Source: Rebecca billardiae RCC1528
Lineage: Eukaryota > Protista > Haptophyta
NCBI GenBank assembly: GCA_965240325.2
Contig: OZ251243.1
Span: 1,178,001 to 1,242,000, forward strand
Reading direction: 5' to 3'
DNA: 64,000 nt
Part shown: piece after piece, positions 1 through 11,943 of the stretch
How positions within the stretch are numbered: the first letter of the stretch is position 1
How the letters are laid out: each line of letters begins with the position of its first letter
Translations under genes and position numbers: made by a program
The notes under the pieces: generated by a model
What the model saw: the letters and a program-made list of their open reading frames with translations, nothing else
Database searches by the model: none
Told to the model about the DNA's origin: nothing

Positions 1-2
1 GC

Positions 3-308
3 TTCGAGTGCCACTACGACGACTACGGCCGGCGCGCCGACCGACGGCTCGTGTTCCTCGAGGACGTGTACACGCGGCAGGACGAGCGCGTGCCGTGGCG
101 GGCGGTGTGCATCGGCGCGCACTGCACCATCTGCGCCGCGCCGGTGTGTGCTCGCGAGCCGTGCTCCGTCTTCTACTGCCACCGGCTGTGCGCGTCATGC
201 GCGGCCGCCGCGCGCGACGTGCTGCCGCCCGAGATCCGACGGCTGGTCGACGCGGCGCGTGCGGCGCCGAGCGAGCCGCGCGAGCCGGGAAGGAGCCCGG
301 CTGGGTAG
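3..308 (+). CDS. CDPF1: 3' part of a cysteine-rich DPF-motif protein (CDPF1-like); 5' end lies outside the window
   Basis: Reads FECHYDDYGRR..VFLEDVYTRQD..CIGAHCTICAAPVC..PCSVFYCHRLCASC..LPPEI, matching the CDPF1 Cys pattern (LE.Y..D, LG..C..C...VC, CS.FY..RFC..C, P.EI). The DPF motif itself reads DER. Confidence 0.75.
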   Translation, partial: FECHYDDYGRRADRRLVFLEDVYTRQDERVPWRAVCIGAHCTICAAPVCAREPCSVFYCHRLCASCAAAARDVLPPEIRRLVDAARAAPSEPREPGRSPAG

Positions 309-796
309 CAATCGGCCCTGCTGCCGGCATGCGGAGCTCACCACCGCGGCGCGCCTGCTCGTCGCAGCAGCGATGATCCGAGGCCTGCATCAGCCACCTT
401 CGTCCGTGGCAGCTCGGGCGCTGCTCTGTGCTCACGGTCCGCCGACTCACCGACACCAGCCTGGGAGTCCGAATAATATACGGAACGACGACTGGAACGC
501 GAGCGCGTGCATGCGCTTTGCGCCGTGCTCGGATTCCGAAGACCGAACTCTGACGACGACGACGTACACTCGGCGACGCATATGCTGGCGCACCATCCTC
601 TGACCGGGCGACTCTCGCGGCGACAGCCGATATCAATATATCATATATATAGTAGTACCGGCAGCGATGATAGCGAGTGATGACTGTGACAGAGATATAT
701 GACGACAGCATATGGCGGCACCTACTACTACTGCTGCTGCAATTCGTCCGCGCGAGCAGTCGGACCTAGCTACCAGCGAGTGTGAGCCACTGGACG

Positions 797-2143
797 TCAT
801 CCGCCGCACGGCCACGCCGCTGCGGCTGACGCCGACGGTGACAACGACGCTCCCGCCCCAGCGAGGGCCCGGCGGGTCCTTTGCCGTCGTACGCGCAGCC
901 GGCGCCGCCGAGCCAGTCCGTGCACTTCCGCCGAGGGCGCGTCACCGGGAGATCGAGATCTGGCGAGCTCGGCCGCGTCGCCGCCGTCCGCGCCGCCGCC
1001 CTCCACCGGCCATCGCGCCGCGCGCACGGCAATCTCGCGGTCGATCTCGCAGAGCTCGCCCAGCCGCGCCGCCGCCCACGCCGGCAGCGGCACCCGGAAC
1101 ACCTCGTAGTCCTGCGCGTACACGCGCAGCACCGCGGCGAGCGTGCTGGCGTTCGCGTACAGCTGGGCCAGCCTCGCCGACACGGCCGTGTCGTGCGGCG
1201 CCGCCCGCTTCCTCCGCCCCCGGCTGATGCGCGCCACCTTCCGCGCCACCTGCTGCAGCTGGGCCGACCGCTCCTGCGGCGGCGGGAAGTGGCGGTCGAC
1301 GGCCTTGCGCGCGAGCTGGCTGAGCGTCGGCTGGGCGCCCGGCGCAGCTGCGCGCCCGATCTCGCGCTCTGGCGCCGCGAGCTCGCCCTCGTCCAGCGGC
1401 ACGCCGACCGCACGCAGCAGCGCAAGCACGGCCGCGTGCGAGCGCGTCGGGTGCAGCTGCTCCACCGTCGAGTAGTTGGCGAGCGTGCGCGCGAGCGACA
1501 TGCAGAACTCGTGCTGCGGGCGCCAGTGGTCGTTGCGCAGCGGGTCGCTCATCAGAGCGCGCCGGTTCGTCGGCCTCGCCTGCGCGCGGAGCTGCGCCTC
1601 GCGCTTCGCCGCTCTCCGCAGCGCGAGCGCTTCCTGCGCGGCGCGCCACGGCAGGATGGCTGCCGAGCGCGCGGCGACCTCGTCAAAGCTGGGGCGTGCC
1701 ACGCCGAAGTTGCGCTCGCACATCGTCGAGCCGTCGCGATGCGACCCGGCGCACTTGGACGCGTACGCCGAGGCGAAGCGCTCGAGGGGCTCCCGGTAGA
1801 AGACCGCCTTGTGCCACAAAGGGTCCTCCAGGACTGCGCGCACCGCGGCCCCGCCCATCTGCAGGACCGCGGGCGAGTTGAAGTTGTAGTAGGGCACGTG
1901 CTCGACACCCGCGCGCTCCTCCGCGCTCATCGGCAGCAGAATCAGCTCGCGGAACATCTGGCTGAAGCTCTGGCTCCCCACCTTTTCGATTTTGCAGAAG
2001 AAGAGTTTCCGCTCCGGCCACACAATGGGATTGGCGCCGGCGGGGCCGACGCACGTGGCGAGCGCGATGAGCGCGGCGAGGCGGGGCGGGCGGGGTCGGG
2101 TAGGCGGGGCGCACCCCACCGAGGGCGCCCGCACGCCGTGCAT
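797..2143 (-). CDS. Sulfotransferase family 2 (carbohydrate sulfotransferase-like), N-terminal signal/anchor
   Basis: Hydrophobic LAALIALATCVG segment; 5'-PSB motif KLFFCKIEKVGSQS; 3'-PB motif KAVFYREPLERFASAY; NDHWRPQHEFC. Start taken at ATG 2143. Confidence 0.8.
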   Translation of the reverse strand: MHGVRAPSVGCAPPTRPRPPRLAALIALATCVGPAGANPIVWPERKLFFCKIEKVGSQSFSQMFRELILLPMSAEERAGVEHVPYYNFNSPAVLQMGGAAVRAVLEDPLWHKAVFYREPLERFASAYASKCAGSHRDGSTMCERNFGVARPSFDEVAARSAAILPWRAAQEALALRRAAKREAQLRAQARPTNRRALMSDPLRNDHWRPQHEFCMSLARTLANYSTVEQLHPTRSHAAVLALLRAVGVPLDEGELAAPEREIGRAAAPGAQPTLSQLARKAVDRHFPPPQERSAQLQQVARKVARISRGRRKRAAPHDTAVSARLAQLYANASTLAAVLRVYAQDYEVFRVPLPAWAAARLGELCEIDREIAVRAARWPVEGGGADGGDAAELARSRSPGDAPSAEVHGLARRRRLRVRRQRTRRALAGAGASLSPSASAAAAWPCGG

Positions 2144-2504
2144 GGCCCGCGTGCCGCGCCGCGAGCGGCGCACGAGGCGCGGTTCACGGTGGCGGACAGC
2201 GAGGCTCGCGCGCCCACCGATTTGCCCCGTCGCGCCCACCGTGCCCCGTCGCGTGCCGCCCACCGTGTTTACCGTTTAGCCCTCCAAAAATGGGAATGGG
2301 CGCAGCAGCAGCAGAGAGCAGCGCGCAGCAGATCGAGCCAGATAGAACGCGCGCCGTCGCGGTCGGTACGACGCGCATGCGTAATGCATTTAGCGCATCA
2401 TGCATGATAGTGCATGCATCATGATGACGATGTTCACTGAGACACTCCGACGAGGTTTACAATAAGTCTTATATTTATTATAAGTACGTCTGCTCCGAGC
2501 ATGA

Positions 2505-2937
2505 CTACAGCTTCTTGCCCTTCGCCGCGGACGTGCCCTTCTTCGACTCGGTGGGCTTGGCGGCGGCGGCGGCGGCGGCGACCGCCGCCGCGGCCGCCTC
2601 CGCCTCCGCCACCGCGCGCGCCGCCGCCTCGGCGAGCGCCGTGGCGGTTGGCACGAAGCCGCGCAGCACGACGCTCAGCTCTGGGTGCTCGGGCGGCGGC
2701 GCGCCGCCCTTGAGAGAGAGCTTCACGGTGGTCTCGGTCCACTGGCTCACGCCGAAGGAGGAGATGATGCCGAGGTTGGACTGCGCGAGCGACGCGGCGG
2801 TCGGCGTGAACGTGAACTTGATCGTCCGCGAGCCGCCCGCCTCTATCTGGCCCTTCATAGGCTCCACTTGGAACCCGAGCGCCGCCGCGTCGGGCGGGAG
2901 TGCGGAGAGCTCAAAGTCGAGGGCGGGCCCGGCGGGC

Positions 2938-2975
<38 letters not shown>

Positions 2976-5900
2976 GCGCTTCCCGCCGCCGTCCGAGCCG
3001 CGGCTCGCGCCGCGCGCCGCCGCCGCCGCCGTCGCCGTGCCCACCAGCCCGGGCGCGTGCCCGACCGCCGCCACGTTGCCGAGTATGAGCTCGGCCGTAC
3101 CCACGTGGGTAGGGCTGGGCGTGAGCGTGAGCGGCACGCGCGCGGCCAGCTCGGCGAGCGGGTCGTGCGCGGGCGTGCCGTCGGCCATCGTGAGCAGCGG
3201 CTGGCGCGGCGGCGCGAGCGGCGTCGAGGTGGCCAGCTCGGCGTCCAGCGCCTGCGGCGTCAGCCACCACGCGCCGCACGGCGCGCCGTGCGCGCGCACG
3301 CACAGCGTCTGCCGGTCCCGCTCGTTGGGCACGCGCAGCTCGAGCAGCAGCCAAAAGTCCGGGCCGGGCCGGTCCGGCGCGAAAGTGGCGACGCACACCT
3401 GCGCGGGGCGAGCGATGAGGTAGGGCGGGGCGCCGAGGCCGCGCCGTGCGCGTGAGCGAGGGCGCGGCCTCGGGCGGGGCGGGGGAGGCAGAGCAGACGC
3501 CAGGCCAGCTGTCGGCGAGTCGTCCGCTCTCCGCCGCAGCGCGCGGCTGATCTCGAGCAATCTCGTCGGCTGATCTCGAGCAATCTCCTCGGCCGCGCGC
3601 GCGGCGCGGCGGCGCGCGCACGCGCGCACCTGCTCGCCGCGAGCGGGCACGGTCGCGACGCGCGGCGTCACGTCGAGCGCGAGCCGCCCGCCCACGTTGC
3701 GGAACCCCTCGCGCAGCGTGACCAGCTCGTACGGCAGAGCAAAGTCGGACTCATTCACCAGACTGAACCGGGCGGTGCGCACGTCTCCGACCAGCGTGGC
3801 GCCGAGGTGGAGGGTGGAGGGCGCACACGGCAGCGGCTGGCTCTCGGGCAGCTTGATCTGCAGCGAGGGCGCCGCGCCCTGGCCCTGCAGCGTGAGCATC
3901 AGGTCGCCGCGCGCGCAGCTGAGCACCAGCTGCTCGTAGCTCTTCGCCTGCGCAGCAGCCGCAGGCGCGCGCGCGCGCGCGCAAGGGCGGGGGCCGGCGC
4001 CGTGAGCTGCCCGCCGCGCGCCGCTCGGCGCGAGGACGGGGCACGGCCGTTGGCGTGGCCGCGGCGGCCGGTCGGCGCGCCCAAAAGGGCGGCGGCGGCG
4101 GCAGCAGCAGCAGCGCACAGCCAACAGCCGCGCGCTGCGCCGCGCGCCGCGCTCGGTACCTCCTGCGTCGGCGCGAACTGGAGGCCGAGCTCGAGCTCCC
4201 CGTGTGGCGGGAGCGGGCGCACGCTCGTGGTGAGGCTGAACGCCCCCGTCGGGTCTGGCTGCGTCACCGCCAGCTCGACCGTCTCCGCGGAGCGGTTCGC
4301 GATCACAAGCCTGCGCGCGACGGACTGGCCTGCACGCGCGGGCGGGCGCGGCGGCGGCGGCGGTGCGCGGCGTGGCAGGCGGGGCGGCACGCGGTGGGCG
4401 CGCGCGCGCGCGCGGCGGTGAGCGGCGGGCGCGCGCACGCGGCGGCGGTGCGGGCTGGGCGAGGAGCAAGGTCCGCGCCGCGCGCACACGCGCCGCGCAG
4501 CAGCCAGGGCGAGCGGCGGCGCGGCGCGGCATGCGCGGCGCGGCATGCGCGGCGCGGCATGCATGCGCGGCGAGCGCGCGGCGCACCGACGGAGACCGTG
4601 CCGAACGCCTCCTCGGCGCGCACGCCGCCGGTGCGCGCGAAGACCACGACAGGCGGCAGCGCGGCGCCGCTCAGCTCGAGGTACTGCGTCAGCTCGGCCG
4701 AGTGCGGCGGCGACTGCACGGCGGGCGCGCGCACGAAGCACGCCAGTTGGCAGCGGTGCTGCACCGCCTTGGGCGCGAGCGAGAGGGGCGAGCCGTCGCC
4801 GCCGACGGTGGAGGCGAGGGAGCGCGTCTCATCGGCGTCCTCCGCCGCGAGCGCCAGCGCCGTCTGCGCCGCCGCCGCCGCCTCGTCGGCGCCCGCCGGC
4901 GCCGCGGCGGGCGCGCCCTCCGCGCCGCCCGCGCCCGCGCCGCCCGGCTTCTTGCGCGCGGGCCTGCGAGGCTCGTAGACGAGCTGCACGCGCACGCGCT
5001 CGCCCGGCTCGAGGACGAGCACGGTGGGCGTCGGGCGGAACGGCGCGCCGGCGGGCGCGTGCAGCTCAAAGTGCGCGGCGTACCGCAGCGCCGAGCGCGC
5101 CTCAAGATCGACCACCGAGCGGCCGCCAAACGGAGTGGCCGGGAAGCGCACCGCCGCGTGGCTCCACTCGAGCGCGGGCTCGGTGCCGCGGCCGGCGCAG
5201 CGCAGGGTGAACTGGCGGTTCTGCGTCGTGGCGCAGCGGAGCACGCCGTCGAACCGCGTCGCGGCGCGCGGCGCGAAGCGCACGACGCGCTCGACCGTCT
5301 CGTGCGGCAGCAGCGAGCCGAGCCCGTCGCCCGGCTGAACGTCCAGCTCCGGCGGCAGCGGGACAAAGCCGAAGTCGACCTTGAGGGTGGAGGTGTTGGT
5401 GATGCGCAGCGGCACGCCGACGCAGCCGCCGACGGCGCACGCGCCGAACTCCAGCTCGGCGGGCTCGAAGCGCAGCTCGGACGGCGTGAGTTGGAAGCGC
5501 AGCAGGAAGAGCGCCGGCAGCCGCTGGCCGTGCACGAGCACGCGCACCGGCAGCTGCACGACGCCTGACGCCAGGTCCGCGAAGCTGCCGCACTTCTCGA
5601 GCAGCTCGGCGGTGGGCGTGATGCGCAGCGAGGCGCGCGCGGCCGAGCCGGCCTGCACGAACGCCACGGCGGGGACGAACTCCGCGTGCGCGCGGAGGCA
5701 CGCCGGCATCTTGAGCTCCACCTTGAGCGCCGTCTTGGAGCGGTTGCCGATCAGCACGTCGTCGCGATACAGAGTGGAGTACCGCATCGTCTGCAGGTCG
5801 AGCACCTCGCGCGGCACGAAGATGGGCACGCGCGCGCCGACGCCGGCGAGCGTGACGGCGGCGGGCGGCGTGCCGCCGTCCTCGAACTCGAGCGTGAGGT

Positions 5901-8566
5901 CCTGCGACGTCGCGAGCGGGCGGAGCGGCTTGAAGACCACCGCGAGCCGCGCGGTCGAGTAGGGCGCAATCTCGAGGTTGTCCGCGCAGCTGAACACGGG
6001 CCGGGACGCGACGACCATGTCCGGCGCGACCTGCGTCATCACCTCGCGCAGCGCGGGAGGCATCTCGTCGTACCCCGAGCGCGAGGCCGCGCCGCCGCCG
6101 CCGCCGCCCTCGCCGCCGCCCCCGCCGCCGCCCTCGCCCTCCGCGTCGTCGTCGGGCGGCGCGTGCACCTCGGCGGCACCGAGCACGCGCGCGCGCGTCG
6201 GCAGCGCGCCCTCGTTCGCCACCTCGATGTGGAGCGTCTTGGACTCGCCGAGCGTGACGGGGCCGAAGTCGAGGAGCGGCGTGCGGAGGGAGACGACCAC
6301 CTTGCGCGTCGTGCACCGGATCGGCACCGCCTCGGGCCCCGTCTCCGCCAGCAGCGGCAGCTCCGCTTCGATGTCCTCGTTCAGCTTGGGGCTGAAAGTC
6401 ACCTTGACGCGGCACGCGGTCCCGGCCGAGAGGTAGCCCGGCTTCTCAAAGTCGAAGCGGAAGAAGTCGACGATGGCGTCGGGGAGCGGGAGGAGGCGGA
6501 AGGTGTTGAACGTGCGCGAGACGTTGGTCAGCGTGAAGTGCCGCACGTACGTCTGCCCCACCTCGAAGTCCGCCACCTCGATGGCCGCCGGCTGCGGCAG
6601 AAACGCCGTGCCCACAAACGGCTTGCCGCCGACCACCTGCTGCTTGAGCATCGCGCTCTTCTGGCGCTGGCGCGCGGCGGCCATGTACTGCTGCTCGAGC
6701 TTGGAGAGCTGGCGCGCGGGGCCGATCGCGCGCGCCTCCACCGCGCCGCCGCCGCCCGCGTCCCACAGCCCCGGCAGCTCGGGCGCCACAACCTCGTCGA
6801 CCGCACTGCCCGCCAGCCGCGCCTCCGCCGCGGCCGCCGCGGTCGAGCGCAGCATCGGCGCGGCGGCGGTGGCGGCGGCGGCGCCGGCGGCGGCGTGCGT
6901 GCCGATGGCCGCCGGCCCCGCCGCCGCGCCGCCGCCCGCGCCGCCGCCGCCCGCCTCCGCGCCCTCCTCGCCGCCCCCCTCGGCTCCCTCCGGCTCAGCA
7001 GTGTGGCTGGGCAGCCAGCGCTCGTCGTGAGTAACGTCCGGGAACTTGGCGGCGATCTTGTCGATCACGCGCTGGTCGGTGCGGCCGCGCGCGGTGCCGA
7101 ACTCGCGCGTCTTGACGACGGCGTGCTCCGACGGGTACAGCGTGTCCAGCCGCGACGTCGGGTCGATCAGCGTGCCGCCCGTCGCCGTGCGCGCCGACAT
7201 GAACTCGTCGGCGCGCGCCTCGCGCGTCGCTGCCGTGTACTCCTCGAGGAAGCTGCGCTCGGCGGTGCGCGCCTTGAGCCGCGCCTTGCGCGCCTTCTGG
7301 TAGTCGGCCTCCTCGCGGAGCATCCGCGCGGTCAGCACGTCCGCGTGCGCCTTCAGCCGCGCGCGGATCGCCTCGCGCTCGCCCACCTTGCGCGCCTCCT
7401 CCGCGCGCCGCCGCATCACCTCGTACGGGTTGCCGCCCGCCGCGAGGATGCCTGAGCGCTGCGCGGCCAGCTCGGCGGCGTCGGCGGCGCGGCGCGCGCG
7501 CGCGCGCTCGTTCGCGCCGGCGATCTTGGCGTCGATCTCCGCCTTCGAGCGCTTCAGCTCGAGCACCGCGCGCGCGCGCCGCGCCTGCTCCGCCGCCTCC
7601 TGCTCGCCGAGCGCGCGCCGCTGCTCCGACAGATGCGCCTGCGCGTCGCGCAGCCGCGCGCGCGCCTTCGAGACGTGGTGCGCGGAGGCGTCGACGGAGG
7701 CCTGGTCCGCGGCGGCCTTGCGCAGCAGCGACGCCTCGCGCTCGGCCTCCGCCCGCGTCGCCTCGCGCTCGCGCCGCCGCGCCGCGTGCCGCTCCTGCTC
7801 CGTCCGCAGCTGCGCGACCACATGCTCGCGCGCGCTCACGGGCGCGTGCGCCTGCGCGAGCGGCGCCTCCTCCACCTCCGAGCGCATGAGCGCGACGTCG
7901 AGCGCGTCGACGCGCGCCTGGCACTCGGTGGTGCGCGCCTCGGCCGCGTCGACCACCTGCTGCTGCGCCGCCACCGCGCCCTCCGAGCCCGCCACGCGCT
8001 CGCGCAGCGCCGCCTGCCGCTGGCGCGTCGGCCGCTCCTCGCCCTCGCCGATCGCGAGCCGGAGCTGCGCCTCGTCGCGCGCGAGCTGCGACTCGAGCTC
8101 GCCGAGGCGCTCGGCGGCCTGCGAGCGGCCGACGTGCGACTCGGCCAGCTCGAGCTCCGCGTGCTTCAGCTCCGTGCGCAGGTCCACGCTCCGCCGGTGC
8201 AGCGTCGCGTACTGCGCGCGCGCGCGGCGCCGAGCGAGCGAGCGGCGGCGGCGGTGCGCGCGCGCGGGCGCGGGCGCGCGTCAGCGCGGGCGCGGGCGCG
8301 CGACACGGGGCGTGTGGGACCGGCGCGCGTGTGTGCTCGCGCACCTGCCGCTGCAGCTGGCGCTCGTGCTTGCTCTTCGCTGTCGTGAGCGTGCCGGTGC
8401 CGGCGAGCTGAGCGGAGAGCTCCTCGAGCATCTTCACTTCGAAGCGGATCGGGTCGTTCTCCTCGTCGGCGTCGTCGGCGTCGTCCGCGTCGAGGCCCTC
8501 GTAGTACCACGCGTCATCCTCGAGGGCCGCGCCCTCGGCGGCCATGCCCGCCTCGGGCTCCGCCAT
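2505..8566 (-). CDS. CFAP74: Cilia- and flagella-associated protein 74 (coiled-coil N-terminus plus ASH/Ig-like repeats). Exons 8566-8345, 8211-4587, 4329-4160, 3947-3630, 3398-2505
   Basis: GGNPYEVMRRR and FLPQPAAIEVADFEVGQTYVRHFTLTNVSRTFNTFRL..FEKPGYLSAGTAC..FSPKLNEDI..ETGP..VPIRCTTRK, followed by repeated LDFG/LEFG..N ASH domains. Four GT-AG introns keep the frame. Confidence 0.85.
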
Positions 8567-8739
8567 GCTCGCTGAGGGGGGAGCTAGCAGCCCGTAACGG
8601 TGGCGGCGACCGCCATGAGCGGCGGGTCCGTTTGATTTTTTCGGCGGATGTCGCGAGTCGCGACGAGTATCTTTTCCGCGGCCGAAGCAGAAAACAATTG
8701 GGCGCCATTTTGGAGCAAATCTGGCCGGTGGTTGCATGG

Positions 8740-9847
8740 ATAGTAAGGTTCGGGGGCCGAGTCCGGGAGCTGCCCCTTCAACTTTAGTGGGCACGCTGTG
8801 GCCGCATGGCGGCCGGCCGCCCGCCGCCCACGCGAACAAAAGTCCGTGCGCTGGCGTGATGGGCACGCACGTGTCGATGGCGTAGGCCTGACAGGTCCGT
8901 ATGTGTCATGACCGATCCCCAGGCGCGTTTTAGACCCCATCCCCGGCGCCTGAGGCACCACACATGCTGGCGATGACAGATGTCGTGTTCAGCACAGGTT
9001 GCTGTGCACGCGCCGGTACGGCGGGGTGGTGCACACGGAGAGAGGGCCTAGAAAGGGGTGGTGTGCGTTCTCACAGGTCTGGTCTCCACTGCTGTCGCCC
9101 GGCGCGCGCGTCATAAGGATGGGCGGCCTGTTCAGTGCTTCTTGTTGGCTGACGGTAAAGCATGCTCACTGTTCACACACGCACCACTTGGGCGTGTACC
9201 CTCAGCGAGGCGTTCAGGCTGAAGAGTTCGCAGAGAGGGAGCCCATTAGGTCTTGTGTGTCCTGCGTGGGCAATCTGACAGCTCCACCGGCTACTTGACG
9301 GCTACTTGTGCCCTGGAATTGAGCTCATGCCATGGCTCTGCCCCATCGCCACCTGCCACACACAAAACGCTCAGTTGCGTAATGTTTGTTTTAAAAGCAA
9401 GAGTGTTCGTGGTATAGTGGAATATGCGGTGTTTAAGCAGCTTCCAAGCCTACTGGGACACACGACGCGCGCGCTGGGCGACGTCAGTAGAGACCAGACC
9501 TGTGAGAACGCACACCACCCCTTTCTAGGCCCTCTCTCCGTGTGCACCACCCCGCCGTACGGGCGCGCGCACAGCAACCAGTGCTGAACACGACATCTGT
9601 CATCGCCAGCATGTGTGGTGCCTCAGGCGCCGGGGATGGGGTCTAAAACGCGCCTGGGGATCGGCCATGACACATACGGACCTGCCAGGCCTACGCCATC
9701 CACACGTGCGTGCCCATCACGCCCGCGCACGGACTTTTGTTCGCGTGGGCGGCGGGCGGCCGGCCGCCATGCGGCCACAGCGTGCCCACTCAAGTTGAAG
9801 GGGCAGCTTTCAGACTGCAGTCCGGGGCGCCCCCCGAACCTTACTAT
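8740..9847. mobile_element. Non-autonomous foldback/MITE-like element, ~370-bp inverted arms (8740-9112 / 9464-9847), ~350-bp spacer
   Basis: Arms are near-identical reverse complements (ATAGTAAGGTTCGGGGG...CCCCCGAACCTTACTAT, ~10-bp indel near the end). Possible TA TSD at 8741-8742 / 9845-9846. No transposase ORF. Confidence 0.85.
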
Positions 9848-10905
9848 GCTGCGGTGCACTGACCAGGAGTCACAGTCATCAGGAGAAGTCGGGAGAAGTC
9901 GGGAATCCTTGGCCTGTACTCGTAGTCGGGCCGCGCGCCGCCGGTCCCACGGGCACTGCGCCTCGGCGGACCACTCGTCAGCCGCGACGACATAGTCCCG
10001 GTTTCTGAGTGTGACTATGCGTATAGCGAACCAGCCAATCGCTAGTATCAGTTTCTACGGGCCAGATCCGCAGATAGCAAGCCCCAGTTTCTTAACGTGC
10101 TTGCCTGTAAGACTCTAGGAGTCGCGGAGCTTAAGGCCGTCGCCTGGGACTGATGGGAGTGGGAGTGGCGCATGACGCCGCTTGCGGCTTGACGGCATGA
10201 TCGGATGATGATCGGACGACATGACGAGGCATGAGCGGCTGCCTATCCGGTCATCGAACTCGAAGTCGAAGTTCGCCACTCGAGTGACGACCGGATTATA
10301 TTATGTGCGTCTGCTGCTGCTTATTGTTATTAATTGATGAGTGAACTCGTATAATCATCACTGAGTAAGTCGTAGCAGCTTACTCGGCCGCTAGATAGTG
10401 AACAGTGGGCCCAGCTGTCCCAGTGGGCACTCACTCCTCCGTCCTCGGAGTCGGACGAGCTGACCCACGGCGGCCGAGAGTCAGACTGCGGGCTCAGCGT
10501 GTACTTATAGTTATAAGTGATCACTGTGATTCAGTGTCGTGATACTCCGAAATCGTCGAAATACCGGATACTATACGGTATTAATTATTATTATAATAAT
10601 AACGACGTTATATAAATCGGTACTGGCAACCGCGCTTACTGTCATAATATTCTGCGGGCCATTCCGCGCACGTCGACGGCGCGCCGCGGGCTACTACTAG
10701 TACTCGCCTGCTACTACAACGGTCGGATCTGCTGAGGCCAGCATTGGGAATGGACTACAGCACAAAAGTACACCTTCGCAGTGCTCAGTCGTCTGTAAAT
10801 GTCAGCGGCCGTGTGTCACGTCAACGGTGCCTGGCAAAGCCTGCCAGTCACACGATCGATGCGGTGACATGCTGTGATAAGTGTCGCCGCGCCGTCACGG
10901 ATGCG

Positions 10906-11394
10906 TCAGCACGAGTGCGATACGAGCACGCCCAGGTCGGCGGTCGCAATTGGCGCCCAATCGCGCAGCCTAGGAGACGTATCACGGCCCGGCCCCTCCA
11001 GATGCACGTGGGCGGTCGGCTGCTCCGGCGGAGACGATGTTCCTAGCCTTATTGTGGCCTCCCGCATGCGCAGCGCCGAGCGCGGCGATATGCAATGCTC
11101 GGCCTGCGCGTGCTCATCGAGCTCCTTGTCCTTGGTGAGAAAGTAGAGTGGCGGCGGGATGCCGTACATAAGCCTGCGCGCCTCGAAGAGGTGCGACGCC
11201 GTCGCGCCTGGCGGCATGCGCTCCGCGTCGCGCATCGCGAACGCCTTTGCGCTCGCGCGCTCCTGCTGCCGGAGGAAGGCTTGGCTGGGCTCGCGGGCAG
11301 CGAGCGGCATGCGCGCCGGGAGCGCGATGGCGGGGCATTCGCACTCCTCCTCGAGCAAGCTGATCGAGCGCATCTTGACCCAGCCCTTCTCCAT
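10906..11394 (-). CDS. Hypothetical protein (~160 aa)
   Basis: ORF MEKGWVKMRSISLLEEE...HLFEARRLMYGIPPPLYFLTKDKELDEH with GC3-rich, host-like codons and an AT-rich downstream region. No family recognised. Confidence 0.5.
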   Translation of the reverse strand: MEKGWVKMRSISLLEEECECPAIALPARMPLAAREPSQAFLRQQERASAKAFAMRDAERMPPGATASHLFEARRLMYGIPPPLYFLTKDKELDEHAQAEHCISPRSALRMREATIRLGTSSPPEQPTAHVHLEGPGRDTSPRLRDWAPIATADLGVLVSHSC

Positions 11395-11943
11395 CGTCGC
11401 GCGTGCGCGGAGTTGCGGTTGGGCCGGGTGTGGTTGCACCGCGCGTGATGCGCGACGAGGTTTTTTTCCTAACTAAGTTTGTGAAACAATGTGTGAGAGC
11501 TGCGTGATCGCGAGCTCGCGAACCGGTACCTCCGGTTCATCAAGCCGAGCGATGCATTCTGGAAGTTGGTCGAACCCTGTGCAAGTTTTCCACGGAATCG
11601 GAGCCGACTACTCAAGCGGAGTGAAGGTGGCGTTAAGCCGTCGATACCCAGATGCACCATTCATCAAAATCTCCCGCAGGCCAGCTCGAAGTCTTCAATC
11701 GATGTCTGAATCAAACGGCGTGATTGTGGAGACATTGACACATTGTGAGCTCAGTCCCTTTCCATGCCGCGTGGGTTCAAGTTGACTGAGCTAGGAACGC
11801 GAGGATCATGAACAATGAGTGATCAATCATGTCAGTACAACAGGTCATTAGAAACTGTTTGGACGCGAAGCTTTCCGTGGCATCTCCAAGTTGCCGACTC
11901 CAAGGGTTTGCCTCCTCCTTAGTGGAGATCGGCAGATCGCCAG

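Noticed and set aside
881-2407. Many long Arg/Ala-rich overlapping ORFs throughout the window (e.g. 881-2407 +, 21214-24282 -, 44707-46191 +)
   Set aside because: Shadow frames of real genes; stops are rare at this GC content and they carry no recognisable motifs.
3544-3587. 21-bp direct repeat in a CFAP74 intron (similar short duplications at ~41487-41537, ~29792-29820, ~35031-35077)
   Set aside because: Ordinary slippage duplications in introns with no shared sequence.
8733-9854. 8-bp TSD for the 8.7-kb element (TGCATGGA vs TGCTGCGG)
   Set aside because: Only 4 of 8 bases match; a TA TSD or none is more plausible.
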